NCBI GenBank assembly: GCA_037446635.1
Contig: JBBIIG010000012.1
Location: forward strand, 1 to 63,390
DNA: 63,390 nucleotides
Direction of reading: 5' to 3'
From: a bacterium
GTDB lineage: Bacteria > Zhuqueibacterota > Zhuqueibacteria > Oceanimicrobiales > Oceanimicrobiaceae
The notes beneath the pieces were generated by a model. That model was not told where the DNA came from. It searched no databases and saw only the letters and a list, made by a program, of their open reading frames with translations. Made by a program: the position numbers and the translations under genes. Positions within the stretch are counted from its first letter, which is position 1, and each line of letters opens with the position of its first letter. Shown here one piece after another: positions 1 to 9,387 of the stretch.

Positions 1-1023
1 CCGAAATTCGATTTCTCCCGCAAGGTTCCGAATATCTTTGCGGGTGTGATCGTCGTCGCGAATCTCCGGACTGGTCTGGAATACGCGGTTGATTCTCTCC
101 ATCGACGCCGCGCCCTGCTGAATGAGATTGATCACCCAACCCAACGCGATCATCGGCCAGGTGAGATTGCCGAGATAGGCGAAAAACGCCACGAAATCGC
201 CGAGGGAAATTCGCTCCTGCATCACCAGGCGGCCGCCCATCCACAGCACGATCAACGCGCCGGCGCCGACCAGCAGCGTCATCGACGCCCACATCGCGCC
301 GCGAATTTTTGACATGCCGAGATTCTTTTGGACGTAATCCTCATTGAGTTTACGGAAGCGCGCAATCTCCGCCGCCTCCTGCACGTAGGCCTTCACCACC
401 CGTATGCCCGAAAAATTCTCCTGCGCCTTCGAGGTGATATCGCCGTACTTCGCTTGAATTTCCTCGTAGGATTTGTGCAGCCGCTTCGCCATGCGGTTGA
501 CGATGATCGCCATGAGGGGAAACGGAATCAACGCCATCAGGGTAAGTTTGACATTGATGTACAACATGATGCCAAACGCCGCCATCGAGACCAGCGTGTT
601 GAACGAATACATCACCGCCGGGCCCACCACCTGGCGCACGGCTTCGATATCGTTGGTGGCGCGCGCCATCAAATCGCCGGTTTTGTATTTATGATAAAAG
701 GATTGCGACAGCGTTTGTAAATGTTTGAAGAAATCGTTGCGGAGATCGTATTCGATTTTGCGCGACACGCCGATGATCGTCTGGCGCATCAAAAATCGGA
801 AGATGCCTTCCACCAGCGCCACCCCCACCAGCAGTCCGGCATAATAAAAAAGGATGGTCGCAGTGATGTTCTTCTCCAAATCATCGATGGCGAGCTTCAT
901 CACCCACGGACCGAGCAAGGCAAAAATGTTGGTGATGATCACAAAAATACAGCCAGCGATCATCGTGGTTTTATGGCGAGCAAGATATTTCTTGAGGGTT
1001 TTTAGTTCTTTGAACGACTTAAT
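1..1023 (-). CDS. ABC exporter (MdlA/YheI-like permease-ATPase), N-terminal part; continues beyond the window start
   Basis: Not in the ORF track. Manual translation gives (I)KSFKELKTLKKYLARHKTTMIAGCIFVIITNIFALLGPWVMKLAID...RQTIIGVSRKIEYDLRNDFFKHLQTLSQSFYHKYKTGDLMARATNDIEAVRQVVGP, a typical ABC transmembrane domain. Start is uncertain (ATT at 1023 or ATG at 963). Confidence 0.85.
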   Translation of the reverse strand, partial: MKSFKELKTLKKYLARHKTTMIAGCIFVIITNIFALLGPWVMKLAIDDLEKNITATILFYYAGLLVGVALVEGIFRFLMRQTIIGVSRKIEYDLRNDFFKHLQTLSQSFYHKYKTGDLMARATNDIEAVRQVVGPAVMYSFNTLVSMAAFGIMLYINVKLTLMALIPFPLMAIIVNRMAKRLHKSYEEIQAKYGDITSKAQENFSGIRVVKAYVQEAAEIARFRKLNEDYVQKNLGMSKIRGAMWASMTLLVGAGALIVLWMGGRLVMQERISLGDFVAFFAYLGNLTWPMIALGWVINLIQQGAASMERINRVFQTSPEIRDDDHTRKDIRNLAGEIEFR

Positions 1024-1187
1024 GGCTCACTCTCCTTGTAACTTTTTTAAACAACAGTTCGCAGGCGCGGATTGTTGTAGTGAGAAAGTCTAAGGTCTCT
1101 GTTCGCGCTCACCTCGCTTCCGAGATTGTGGAAAAAATACAAACTCTCTCGCAGTTTTACAAGCAGAAAGTTCTACCTTAAAATGAA

Positions 1188-1214
1188 AAACCCCAGTGTG
1201 TTCCACCGGGGCTT
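1188..1214 (-). terminator. Probable intrinsic terminator of the MBL hydrolase gene
   Basis: Imperfect stem aaaccccagtg / caccggggcttt, followed by a U run on the minus strand. Confidence 0.5.
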
Positions 1215-1243
1215 TAAAAATTATACATCAAAATAGACGCAAA

Positions 1244-2143
1244 CTATTTTTCTTTTTTCAAACTGTTGTAAACAATCGCCAGCCATTTATCCTGCGAAAT
1301 AAACGGCCACGACCAGCTCTGCCACTCTTCCGGCAAACCGGCTTTTTGGATCTCCTCGAGAGTTTTGCCGTCGTTTATATATCCCTGCACGATAGCGCGG
1401 GTGGTTACCAGCATGTTATGAAATTTTTTCAAGTCCTCTTTGGTGGAGAGCGGGCCGTGCCCCGGAATCACCTTCACATCTTGCGGAAGTTGATTTAAAA
1501 CGGCTTCGGTATTTTGGATAAGTCCGGCCACATCGCCGCCGCTGTCGAGATCAACAAAGGGAAAACGGCCGCTGAAAAAGTTATCGCCCATGTGAACCAC
1601 ATTTGATCCTTTGAAAAAGATCACGGCATCGCCATCAGTATGGCCGCTGGGATAGTGCATCACCTGCACCTCCTCGCCGTTAAAATGAATCGATAGCGAT
1701 TGATCAAACGTAATCACCGGCCACGCGGCCGGCGGCGACGCCGGGACACGGTGGTTAAAAAACGCCAGATTTTGATCCGCGCTTAAACGCTTCCGCACGT
1801 TGGTGTGGGCGATGACCACGCCGTCGCGGCCGAAAATTTCGTTGCCGCCGGTGTGATCGCCGTGCCAGTGGGTATTGAGAATGTACTTTGGCACGCCGCC
1901 ACCCAGCTCTTTAATCGCCGCTTTGATTTTATCCGACAGCGGCGCCAACTGATCGTCGATCATAAGCACGCCGTCTTCGCCCACCGACACGCCGATGTTG
2001 CCAGCAACGCCGGATTCCAGCATGTAAACGTTGCCAGCCACCTTCGCGGCTTTGATTTCTACTTTGGAATAATCCTGCTGCAGCGCCGCCACCGCGCTGA
2101 CGACGAGCAAACCGGCGAAAATGAACATGTAAAATCTTCTCAT
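1244..2143 (-). CDS. Secreted MBL-fold metallo-hydrolase (cyclase-like)
   Basis: THWHGDHTGGN (HxHxDH), GHTDGD, HMGD and PGHG motifs; signal peptide; SD AGGAGG before ATG 2143. Confidence 0.9.
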   Translation of the reverse strand: MRRFYMFIFAGLLVVSAVAALQQDYSKVEIKAAKVAGNVYMLESGVAGNIGVSVGEDGVLMIDDQLAPLSDKIKAAIKELGGGVPKYILNTHWHGDHTGGNEIFGRDGVVIAHTNVRKRLSADQNLAFFNHRVPASPPAAWPVITFDQSLSIHFNGEEVQVMHYPSGHTDGDAVIFFKGSNVVHMGDNFFSGRFPFVDLDSGGDVAGLIQNTEAVLNQLPQDVKVIPGHGPLSTKEDLKKFHNMLVTTRAIVQGYINDGKTLEEIQKAGLPEEWQSWSWPFISQDKWLAIVYNSLKKEK

Positions 2144-2224
2144 TGAATCTCCCTCCTGGTTAAACGGCACGAGGTATGGTGGAAGGTGATATTTACCGCT
2201 GGCTTTGTGGAGCCTACTGATTTT

Positions 2225-2653
2225 TTATTTAAAAAACTGACTGATAGTAAGCAAGATCGTAATCAAAGTTCCGAACAGGGCTAATGTGCCCACTGTCCAT
2301 TTAGTCATCGAGGCCAAGTGTTCATGCATGCGGTCAAACCGCCCATGAACCACATCGAAGCGCTGCGTGATTTCGCGGCGAAACTCTTTGAACTCATCGC
2401 GCAGTTCCGAAACATCTTGATCCAAAACTTCCAATTTTGTTTCAACATTTTGCAGGCGGGTTTCTACATTTTGCAGGCGGGTTTCTACATTTTGCAGGCG
2501 GGTTTCTACATTATCCAATCGCGGTGGAATCTCACGATACTCGTCCCATGAGACGGCATTGTTCTCCAAAATATCCTGAAACCATCTGGCGAGGGCTTCG
2601 GTGGTCTCGCTGCCAAGCGATTTTTTGACGGTTTCGGGAGCAGGTGGAATCAT
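2225..2653 (-). CDS. Membrane-anchored coiled-coil protein (DUF1640/CCDC90-like architecture)
   Basis: Small head, LQNVETR heptad repeats, then a KW motif and C-terminal TM helix. Confidence 0.7.
   Translation of the reverse strand: MIPPAPETVKKSLGSETTEALARWFQDILENNAVSWDEYREIPPRLDNVETRLQNVETRLQNVETRLQNVETKLEVLDQDVSELRDEFKEFRREITQRFDVVHGRFDRMHEHLASMTKWTVGTLALFGTLITILLTISQFFK
2445..2512. repeat. 21-bp tandem repeat, 3 perfect copies plus a partial
   Basis: acattttgcaggcgggtttct at 2445, 2466 and 2487. Confidence 0.95.
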
Positions 2654-2738
2654 TTTATATTGTAGCCACAGTTTTTTATTTAGTGTGAATTAAAATAGTT
2701 AGCCAAGATCAGAATGTCAACATATTTTGTTCAAAAGA

Positions 2739-2870
2739 CTGCTGGAAATCTTTCATCGCCGTTATCACGCCGGCGCCAACATGATTGCCACCAACCGCCC
2801 CATCGAAGACTGTGGCAAAATCCTCGGCGACACCGCAGCCACCTCAGCTATTCTCGACCGCTTCCTGCAT
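2739..2870 (+). mobile_element. istB: IS21-family IstB helper ATPase remnant
   Basis: LLEIFHRRYHAGANMIATNRPIEDCGKILGDTAATSAILDRFLH resembles the IstB C-terminal half (..RRY...TSNRP.EDWG..LGD.....A.LDRLLH). Confidence 0.75.
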
Positions 2871-2871
2871 A

Positions 2872-3262
2872 CCCCGTGGCCGAGTTTTGCCGTGCTGAGG
2901 GTGCCGAGTCGCGCATAAACTGGCGTGCGACATTTCGTGCCGTAGCGGATGTAGCGCAGAATGCGGAAATAGTCGTAGGTGGAATTCCAATCGGCGTCGC
3001 GCAGCTCGCCGTTTTCGGTGTTGAAGCGCAGCGGCACATCGCTGCCCACGCCGAACTGCCCGAGCGCCAGCTCCGCTCGCAAATTAAAAACGAAGAACGT
3101 TTCGTCATCGATGAACGCCATGCCGAGGCCGCCCATCATCACGCCGTCATCAGTAAAGGTCACGCGATTGTACCAATCCCACTGGCCGAAGGCCGGCGCG
3201 ACAGAGAAAATCGCTAACAAAATCAAACTTGGAAATAGCGGATGCGGAAGTCTCGGTGTCAT
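2872..3262 (-). pseudogene. 3'-truncated secreted/outer-membrane protein gene
   Basis: Signal peptide and beta-strand-like sequence up to LRYIRYG..PVYARLGTLSTAKLGHG, then read-through into the antisense strand of the IstB remnant. Confidence 0.55.
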
Positions 3263-3278
3263 ATTGTTTTCCCTGCAA

Positions 3279-3311
3279 AACTCTGACAGGGTTCCAAACC
3301 CTGTCAGAGTT
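3279..3311. repeat. Perfect palindromic REP-like hairpin
   Basis: aactctgacaggg-ttccaaa-ccctgtcagagtt. Confidence 0.8.
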
Positions 3312-3474
3312 ATGAATTTTTTTGTCCGCGAAAGTAGCCATCGAACCCGCCAAAGTCAAGTTGTAAAATTGTAACGGCGATGTTGCAAAAGTTTGATTTG
3401 CGAGTTTGAGCTGCGGCGAGTATTTTTGCAGCTAAAAACCCTGACGGGGTTAAGTCAAATTTGGGGAAATAAAT

Positions 3475-4329
3475 TTGAAACGACTTTCTCTTCTACCGTT
3501 TATCATTCTTCTGCTCTTCCGTTGTTCCGCCAACCAGCCGGCAGCATTCGCACCTGGGCCCGCCGCCGGGGAATTTTCGCTGCTGACGTACAACGTCGCC
3601 GGACTGCCACAGGGGGTCTCCGCTTCCAACCCGGAGAAAAATATCCCGCTCATCAGTCCGCTGCTCAATCAATTCGATCTCGCGCTGGTGCAGGAAGATT
3701 TTTATTACCACGAACAATTGCGGGCGCAAGCGCGGCATCCCTATCAATCCACGCCCAAAGCGCCCGCCGCGCAATTTACCGACGGCGACGGCCTCAACCG
3801 GTTTTCCGAGTTTCCGTTTGCGAACTTTCTGCGCGAGCTGTGGCAGCACTGTTCCAACGAAGACGCCAGCGATTGCCTCGCGAAGAAAGGCTTCTCGGCC
3901 GCGGAAACGGAAATCGCGCCGGGCATTATTATCGATGTTTATAATCTGCACCTCGATGCCGGCGGCACGGCGGCGGACATCACCGCGCGCGAGCGGCAAA
4001 TCGAGCAGCTCATCCGGCGCGTCAAAGCGCGCTCGACCAGCAAGGCGGTGATCATCGCCGGCGACACCAACCTCCGCACTAACTCGCGCCCCGAGGATGA
4101 TGTGATGTTCGAAACCTTGCTGACCGAGCTCGATCTCTCCGACGCCTGCCGTACCCTCGGTTGCGGCAGCGAACAGATCGATCGCGTACTTTTCCGCAGC
4201 AGCGCCGAGCTTACCCTCATCCCTCTCTCGTGGCAACTCGATCCCGACTTCGTGGATGAGTCCGGCAACCCCCTCAGCGATCACCCCGCCATCGCTGTTG
4301 TATTTCAATGGGACTTCCAACCTAATTGA
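3475..4329 (+). CDS. Endonuclease/exonuclease/phosphatase family (sphingomyelinase-like) secreted protein or lipoprotein
   Basis: LTYNVAG, LVQEDF, YNLHLDAG, AGDTN, IDRVLFR and SDHPA motifs. Confidence 0.85.
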   Translation: MKRLSLLPFIILLLFRCSANQPAAFAPGPAAGEFSLLTYNVAGLPQGVSASNPEKNIPLISPLLNQFDLALVQEDFYYHEQLRAQARHPYQSTPKAPAAQFTDGDGLNRFSEFPFANFLRELWQHCSNEDASDCLAKKGFSAAETEIAPGIIIDVYNLHLDAGGTAADITARERQIEQLIRRVKARSTSKAVIIAGDTNLRTNSRPEDDVMFETLLTELDLSDACRTLGCGSEQIDRVLFRSSAELTLIPLSWQLDPDFVDESGNPLSDHPAIAVVFQWDFQPN

Positions 4330-4493
4330 TTCCCACTTAAAAAGGCAGGGGTTATAAAGGGGCAGGCGAGTAAAGGGCTTGTTGGATCGAGTTCGAGTGT
4401 TGGCCGTTTTGAAAACGGAGTCGGTGGTGGAGTTGGCAACGTCAAAACCGGAAAAGAAAATGGAGCTGCGGGTTGGGGTTCGGCTGGTGAAGA

Positions 4494-4590
4494 AAGTGCA
4501 AAAGGCAAATTGAAAAATGCAAAATTCAAATTTCGAAGCTCAGACACAATTTGCGTTTTTCAATTTTGCAATCTGTGTTTTTCATTTTAA
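4494..4590. repeat. 7-bp-period imperfect inverted repeat
   Basis: aaagtgcaaaaggcaaattgaaaaatgcaaaattcaaa ... tttgcgtttttcaattttgcaatctgtgtttttcatttt. Confidence 0.65.
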
Positions 4591-4627
4591 ATGAGCTCAC
4601 CCTAACTTTTCCTGCGAAGAGAGGGAA

Positions 4628-5329
4628 TCACACCTTCCCAAACACCGGCACGCTTGCGCCGCTGATGTCTTTTGCTTTCTCCGAACATAAAAATAGAATC
4701 ACATTCGCCAGCGACTCCGGCGTCACCCAATTTTCAAAATTCCCTTTGGGCATGGCGGCGCGATTCTCCGGGGTGTCGATGATGCTGGGGATGACCACGT
4801 TGGCGGTGATGTTGTGCGCTTTTCCCTCTGCCGCCAGCGACTGTGTGAAATTGATAAGCGCGGCTTTAGAAGCAGCGTAGGCCGACATGCCAGCTGTTCC
4901 CTGTAGTCCGGCTTTGGCGCCAATGTTGATGATGCGCCCGGACTTCTGCTTCATCATCACTGGCCAAACCGCGCGGCAGCACAGCAACGCGGATTTGAAA
5001 TTTATGTCCATCATTTGCTGCCACTGTTCCTCGGTCGTGTCCGCAACCGGGACGCCGCCAAAAAATCCGCCGGCATTGTTGACGAGAATATCGATGCGGC
5101 CGAACTTGGCCAGCACTTCATCCACCATTGCCCTTACCTGCGCGGAAACCAGCACGTCCGTTTGGACAGAGTGAAAATCCGTGCGGCCAATATGCTCCTG
5201 CAATTGCCGCAGTTTTTCGGCGCCGCGATAGGTTGCCACGACTTTAGCGCCAGCGTTCAAAAAAGTTTGTACGACTTCACAGCCCAGCGCGCCGGTTGCG
5301 CCGGTGATAATTGCAATTTTGTCTTTCAT
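4628..5329 (-). CDS. SDR family NAD(P)-dependent oxidoreductase
   Basis: TGATGALG, NNAG and YAASK motifs. Confidence 0.9.
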   Translation of the reverse strand: MKDKIAIITGATGALGCEVVQTFLNAGAKVVATYRGAEKLRQLQEHIGRTDFHSVQTDVLVSAQVRAMVDEVLAKFGRIDILVNNAGGFFGGVPVADTTEEQWQQMMDINFKSALLCCRAVWPVMMKQKSGRIINIGAKAGLQGTAGMSAYAASKAALINFTQSLAAEGKAHNITANVVIPSIIDTPENRAAMPKGNFENWVTPESLANVILFLCSEKAKDISGASVPVFGKV

Positions 5330-5398
5330 CGCTTCGATTGATTTTCGATTGATTATAGACTAATGATTATTGTCTAATTGCTCGTTATCAGTTGTCTT

Positions 5399-5490
5399 TT
5401 GACAATTGACAATTGAGAATTCACCATTCCCTATTTTCTATTTGCCCGCCAATTGTCAATTGTGAATGGCGAATGGTGAATTGTTAATTG
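5399..5490. repeat. 7-bp-period inverted repeat
   Basis: tgacaat tgacaat tgagaat tcaccat tccctat ... aattgtc aattgtg aatggcg aatggtg aattgtt. Confidence 0.7.
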
Positions 5491-5768
5491 CCTACTGCAA
5501 AACTGCCTACTGACCTACGCTTTTTTCCCAGAATACATACTTGCCGCGAACTCGCCGTAGCCGTTGTATGGCAAAGTCGGAATGCGTTCGCCGGTTTCCA
5601 CCACGCGCTCCGTAGCTTTAAGCACTATATGAAAACAGCAAAAACCTTTTACATAGCAATATACAAAACTTGATTTTGAACAACAATATCAGCGGCTAAA
5701 TGAAAAAATAAATTTCTTAATTCGCCATTTGACGTTCGCTCGTGGGCGGCTATTGATGGAACTGGACG

Positions 5769-6245
5769 TTGGTGCAAGGTTATCGACCCACGTGGGGGCG
5801 CGACTACAACGAAAACCAGCGGCTCACCTTCACCAAGAACACAGTCGTGCCGGTGGTATCGAACGGCGCCTTCGTCGAAACCGAGCTGCGGGTGGCCGCG
5901 CCATTAGAAAACGTTAAGCAATTGGCCGATTCCAAAAACGTGCAAGCGCTGGTGCGAGTTGAAGGATTGACTCCCACAGCGGACGCGTTTGCCAGTTTGG
6001 GGCATATTTATGATTTCAACAAGTCGGTGGAAAAAAGCTCGCTCAGCCAGCAGAGTGAAATCACAAATGGACAAATCCCGGCCGCGTTTGCTTTATTACA
6101 GAACTACCCCAACCCGTTCAATCCGGAAACCGTCATCAAGTATCAAATCGCCGCTTCGGCAATGCCGTGGCGTCGGGCGTGTATCTGTATCGTTTGCAGG
6201 GGTGAACACGCGGCGGTGAGCAATCTGACGCTGCTGCGACGGTGA
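5769..6245 (+). pseudogene. Fragment of a secreted protein with a truncated T9SS/FlgD-type C-terminal domain
   Basis: IPAAFALLQNYPNPFNPETVIKYQI motif; no signal peptide; the domain breaks off after this motif. Confidence 0.65.
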
Positions 6246-6390
6246 GCCATTCACCTTTGCGGAGGTTTCAAACCTTCTGCGTCAAAACCCCGGAGTCTTT
6301 TGAGACTCCGGAGTAAGGATTCTTTTTTGATAGCTTGATTATCGCAGCTAGTATGTTTATATTTATCCGTCACAAAAATCGGTGTGGAAA

Positions 6391-8319
6391 ATGAACGGCC
6401 AAAAACGCGCTCCGCAAAAAAATAAAATCAACCAGAAGAAACTGAGCTTCTCGGTGTGGTATATTCTGCTGGCGCTGTTCATCATGTACACCCTCCAGAG
6501 TTTTATCGTTCGGCAGGATGTGGACAAAATTCCGTACAGCGAATTCAAGCGGCTGTTGAATGAAGACAAGATCAAGCGCTGCACGGTTTCGCCGGAAAAA
6601 ATCACCGGCGTCAAACTCGCTGAAAGAGTTGATGCTCAAGCCGCGGCGCCGGCGGAAGATGAGTTGTTCAGCTTTCAAAAATCAAAATTGGGCCCGGGTG
6701 AAAGCTATTTTGAAACCGTGCGCGTGGAAGATCCGGAGCTGGTGAAAGAGCTGCAGGCCAAAAACATCAAGTTCGATGGCAAAGTTGGCGACGATTGGTG
6801 GGTAAGCCTGATTTTTTACTGGGTCTTGCCCATCATGATTTTGTTTGCCATCTGGGGGTTTGCGTTCCGGCGCATGAATCCTCAGGGCGGGCTCATGTCC
6901 ATCGGCAAAAGCAAAGCTAAAATTTACGTCGAAGGTAAAACTAAAGTCACATTCAAAGACGTGGCGGGCATCGACGAGGCCGTGGAAGAGGTGCAGGAAG
7001 TGGTGGAGTATCTGAAGAATCCCAACAAATTCAAATCGCTCGGCGGTCAAATTCCCAAAGGCGTGCTGCTGGTGGGGCCGCCGGGCACGGGCAAAACGCT
7101 GCTGGCGAAAGCCGTGGCCGGCGAAGCCAGCGTGCCGTTCTTCAGTCTTTCTGGTTCGGATTTCGTGGAGATGTTCGTGGGCGTGGGCGCGGCGCGGGTG
7201 CGCGATCTGTTTCAGCAAGCGGCGCAGCACGCGCCCTGCATTGTGTTCATCGATGAACTGGACGCCCTCGGCAAGGCGCGCGGCATCAATCCGCTGGCCG
7301 GCCACGACGAACGCGAGCAAACCCTCAACCAACTGCTGGTGGAAATGGACGGCTTCGACCGCAACATCGGGGTCATCATTATGGCGGCCACCAACCGTCC
7401 GGAAATTCTCGACATCGCGCTGCTGCGTCCGGGCCGCTTCGATCGGCAGATCGTGGTGGACCGCCCGGACATCAACGGCCGCGAAGCCATTCTGAAAGTG
7501 CACTCGCGAAATATTAAATTAGCCCCAGACGTAGATTTGCGGGTGATTGCTGCCCGCACGCCGGGATTTGTGGGCGCGGATTTGGCGAACGTCATCAACG
7601 AGGCCGCGCTGCTGGCCGCCCGCCGCGATAAAAAAGAAGTAACCCTCGAAGATTTGGAAGAGGCCATCGATCGTGTGGTGGCGGGGCTCGAAAAGAAAAG
7701 CCGGGTGCTCAATGCCAAGGAAAAAGAAATTGTCGCCTATCACGAATCCGGACACGCGATTGTGGCCGCCAGCCTCACCGATGTGGACCCGGTGCACCGG
7801 GTATCCATCATCCCGCGCGGCGTGGCGGCGCTGGGATACACGCTGCAACTGCCCACCGAAGATCGCTATTTGATGACCCGCACGGAATTGATCAATCGCC
7901 TGAAAGTGCTGCTGGGGGGACGTGTGGCCGAAGAAATTATTTTCAACGAAATCTCCACTGGCGCGCAAAATGATCTCGAACGCGCCACCGCTTCCGCGCG
8001 CAGCATGGTCACTGAGTACGGCATGAGCGAAAAACTGGGGCCGCTTTCCTACGCCAAAGAACGCCGCTCGATGTTTTTAGGAATGGAAATGAACGGCGGC
8101 GTTTACAGCGAACGGGTGGCCAGTGAGATTGACGCCGAGATTAGAAAAATTGTTGACGGCGCTTATAAAGAAGTAAAAAAACTGCTGCTGTCAAAAAAGA
8201 AGAAATTGCAGGCTCTGGCAAAATTGCTTTTGGAAAAAGAGGTGGTGGAAGGAGAGGAATTGGAGGCGTTGTTGAATGGGAAAAAAGGCAGAACGTCAGA
8301 AAAGAAGAATGCCACGTAA
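6391..8319 (+). CDS. ftsH: ATP-dependent zinc metalloprotease FtsH
   Basis: Two TM helices, [17 protein letters not shown] (RPGRFDR) and HESGH motifs. Confidence 0.97.
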   Translation: MNGQKRAPQKNKINQKKLSFSVWYILLALFIMYTLQSFIVRQDVDKIPYSEFKRLLNEDKIKRCTVSPEKITGVKLAERVDAQAAAPAEDELFSFQKSKLGPGESYFETVRVEDPELVKELQAKNIKFDGKVGDDWWVSLIFYWVLPIMILFAIWGFAFRRMNPQGGLMSIGKSKAKIYVEGKTKVTFKDVAGIDEAVEEVQEVVEYLKNPNKFKSLGGQIPKGVLLVGPPGTGKTLLAKAVAGEASVPFFSLSGSDFVEMFVGVGAARVRDLFQQAAQHAPCIVFIDELDALGKARGINPLAGHDEREQTLNQLLVEMDGFDRNIGVIIMAATNRPEILDIALLRPGRFDRQIVVDRPDINGREAILKVHSRNIKLAPDVDLRVIAARTPGFVGADLANVINEAALLAARRDKKEVTLEDLEEAIDRVVAGLEKKSRVLNAKEKEIVAYHESGHAIVAASLTDVDPVHRVSIIPRGVAALGYTLQLPTEDRYLMTRTELINRLKVLLGGRVAEEIIFNEISTGAQNDLERATASARSMVTEYGMSEKLGPLSYAKERRSMFLGMEMNGGVYSERVASEIDAEIRKIVDGAYKEVKKLLLSKKKKLQALAKLLLEKEVVEGEELEALLNGKKGRTSEKKNAT

Positions 8320-8355
8320 TTTCGTGTCTTCAAATTTCAAGCGATTTTCTCGCAC

Positions 8356-8682
8356 ATGAAACTCGGAACCGTTCACTACATCGACTGCGCGCACTTTTTG
8401 CCCGGGCATCCGAAATGCGGGCAATTACACGGGCACACGTACAAGGTCGAAGTGATCATCGAAGGGGAAAATAAAGACGGGATGGTGATCGATTTCGCCG
8501 ATATGAAAAAATCCGTCAACGCGGTTTTGCTGGAATACGACCACAAATCTTTGAATGATTTTCTGGACTACCCGTCTGTGGAAAATATCTGCGAGCTACT
8601 GCACACGCGGCTCAAAGAACGCCTGCCCTTCCGCTTTACCATTCGCGTGTGGGAGGGCGACGGAAAATGGGCGGAGTTGTGA
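8356..8682 (+). CDS. queD: 6-carboxy-5,6,7,8-tetrahydropterin synthase
   Basis: CAHFLPGHPKCGQLHGHTY, DHKSLN and PSVEN motifs. Confidence 0.88.
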   Translation: MKLGTVHYIDCAHFLPGHPKCGQLHGHTYKVEVIIEGENKDGMVIDFADMKKSVNAVLLEYDHKSLNDFLDYPSVENICELLHTRLKERLPFRFTIRVWEGDGKWAEL

Positions 8683-8719
8683 AACTTTGTCATCAAAAAA
8701 ACTATTTCGAGAGGTCGGT

Positions 8720-8887
8720 ATGAGATACAAAGTTACTTTAGAAAAAACTGAGGAGGGATACGCCGTTTGGTGTCCCGGTTTGCCTGGCTGCTGGTCACAA
8801 GGAAAAACCGAAAAAGAGGCATTAGTGAACATAAAAGATGCAATAAAAGCATATTTGGCAACCGCTGAAGAAATTTGGTCAAACTAA
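8720..8887 (+). CDS. hicB: HicB-family antitoxin (short, orphan)
   Basis: MRYKVTLEKTEEGYAVWCPGLPGCWSQGKTEKEALVNIKDAI; SD GAGG; no hicA nearby. Confidence 0.8.
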   Translation: MRYKVTLEKTEEGYAVWCPGLPGCWSQGKTEKEALVNIKDAIKAYLATAEEIWSN

Positions 8888-9294
8888 ACAAAAGCACCCG
8901 TTTTGCGCTTTACTGCATTTTGGAGCTGAGCGCCAAACCTGACGGCGTGGTCTCCGCCGGTGAAATTGCCCACAAATACAACATCTCCGAACATCACGTG
9001 GCGAAAGTGCTGCAGCAGTTGGTGCGCGCGCGGCTGATTCGCAGCATTCGCGGCATCAAAGGGGGATTTCAAATCGCCGGCGACCCGAAAGAGATCACTA
9101 TGATGGACGTGGTGGAAATCTTTGAGCCGCGGCCGCCGCAAGACGGCTGCTTGCTGCTGGATTTCGACGAGACCTGCAAACTGCAGGGCGACTGCCGTAT
9201 CGGCGAAGTGTTCAACGAAATTCAGCAGCAGGCGTTTTATACCCTCAAATCCATTTCCATCGCCACCCTCATCGCTCCCAAAAAAATTTCCTGA
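8875..9294 (+). CDS. Rrf2-family transcriptional regulator (BadM-like by context)
   Basis: wHTH with SIRGIKGGF motif; three C-terminal Cys (C-x8-C-x5-C); TTG start inside hicB. Confidence 0.88.
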   Translation: MVKLNKSTRFALYCILELSAKPDGVVSAGEIAHKYNISEHHVAKVLQQLVRARLIRSIRGIKGGFQIAGDPKEITMMDVVEIFEPRPPQDGCLLLDFDETCKLQGDCRIGEVFNEIQQQAFYTLKSISIATLIAPKKIS

Positions 9295-9308
9295 CGAAAA
9301 AATTCTAC

Positions 9309-9336
9309 TTGACAAACAGTCTGGAATTTTTATATT
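9309..9336 (+). promoter_or_regulatory. sigma70-type promoter of the benzoyl-CoA operon
   Basis: TTGACA-16 nt-TATATT. Confidence 0.7.
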
Positions 9337-9338
9337 GA

Positions 9339-9362
9339 AAACAGGTAATCAAGTACCTATTT
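9339..9362. promoter_or_regulatory. Putative Rrf2 operator
   Basis: Inverted repeat AAACAGGTA-N6-TACCTATTT (8/9 match) just downstream of the -10 box. Confidence 0.6.
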
Positions 9363-9387
9363 ACTCTATTACGTGGAGTCCCCGCTC

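Noticed and set aside
4330..4493. G-rich stretch after the EEP gene as an ncRNA or gene fragment
   Set aside because: No recognisable structure or protein motif was found in the frames read.
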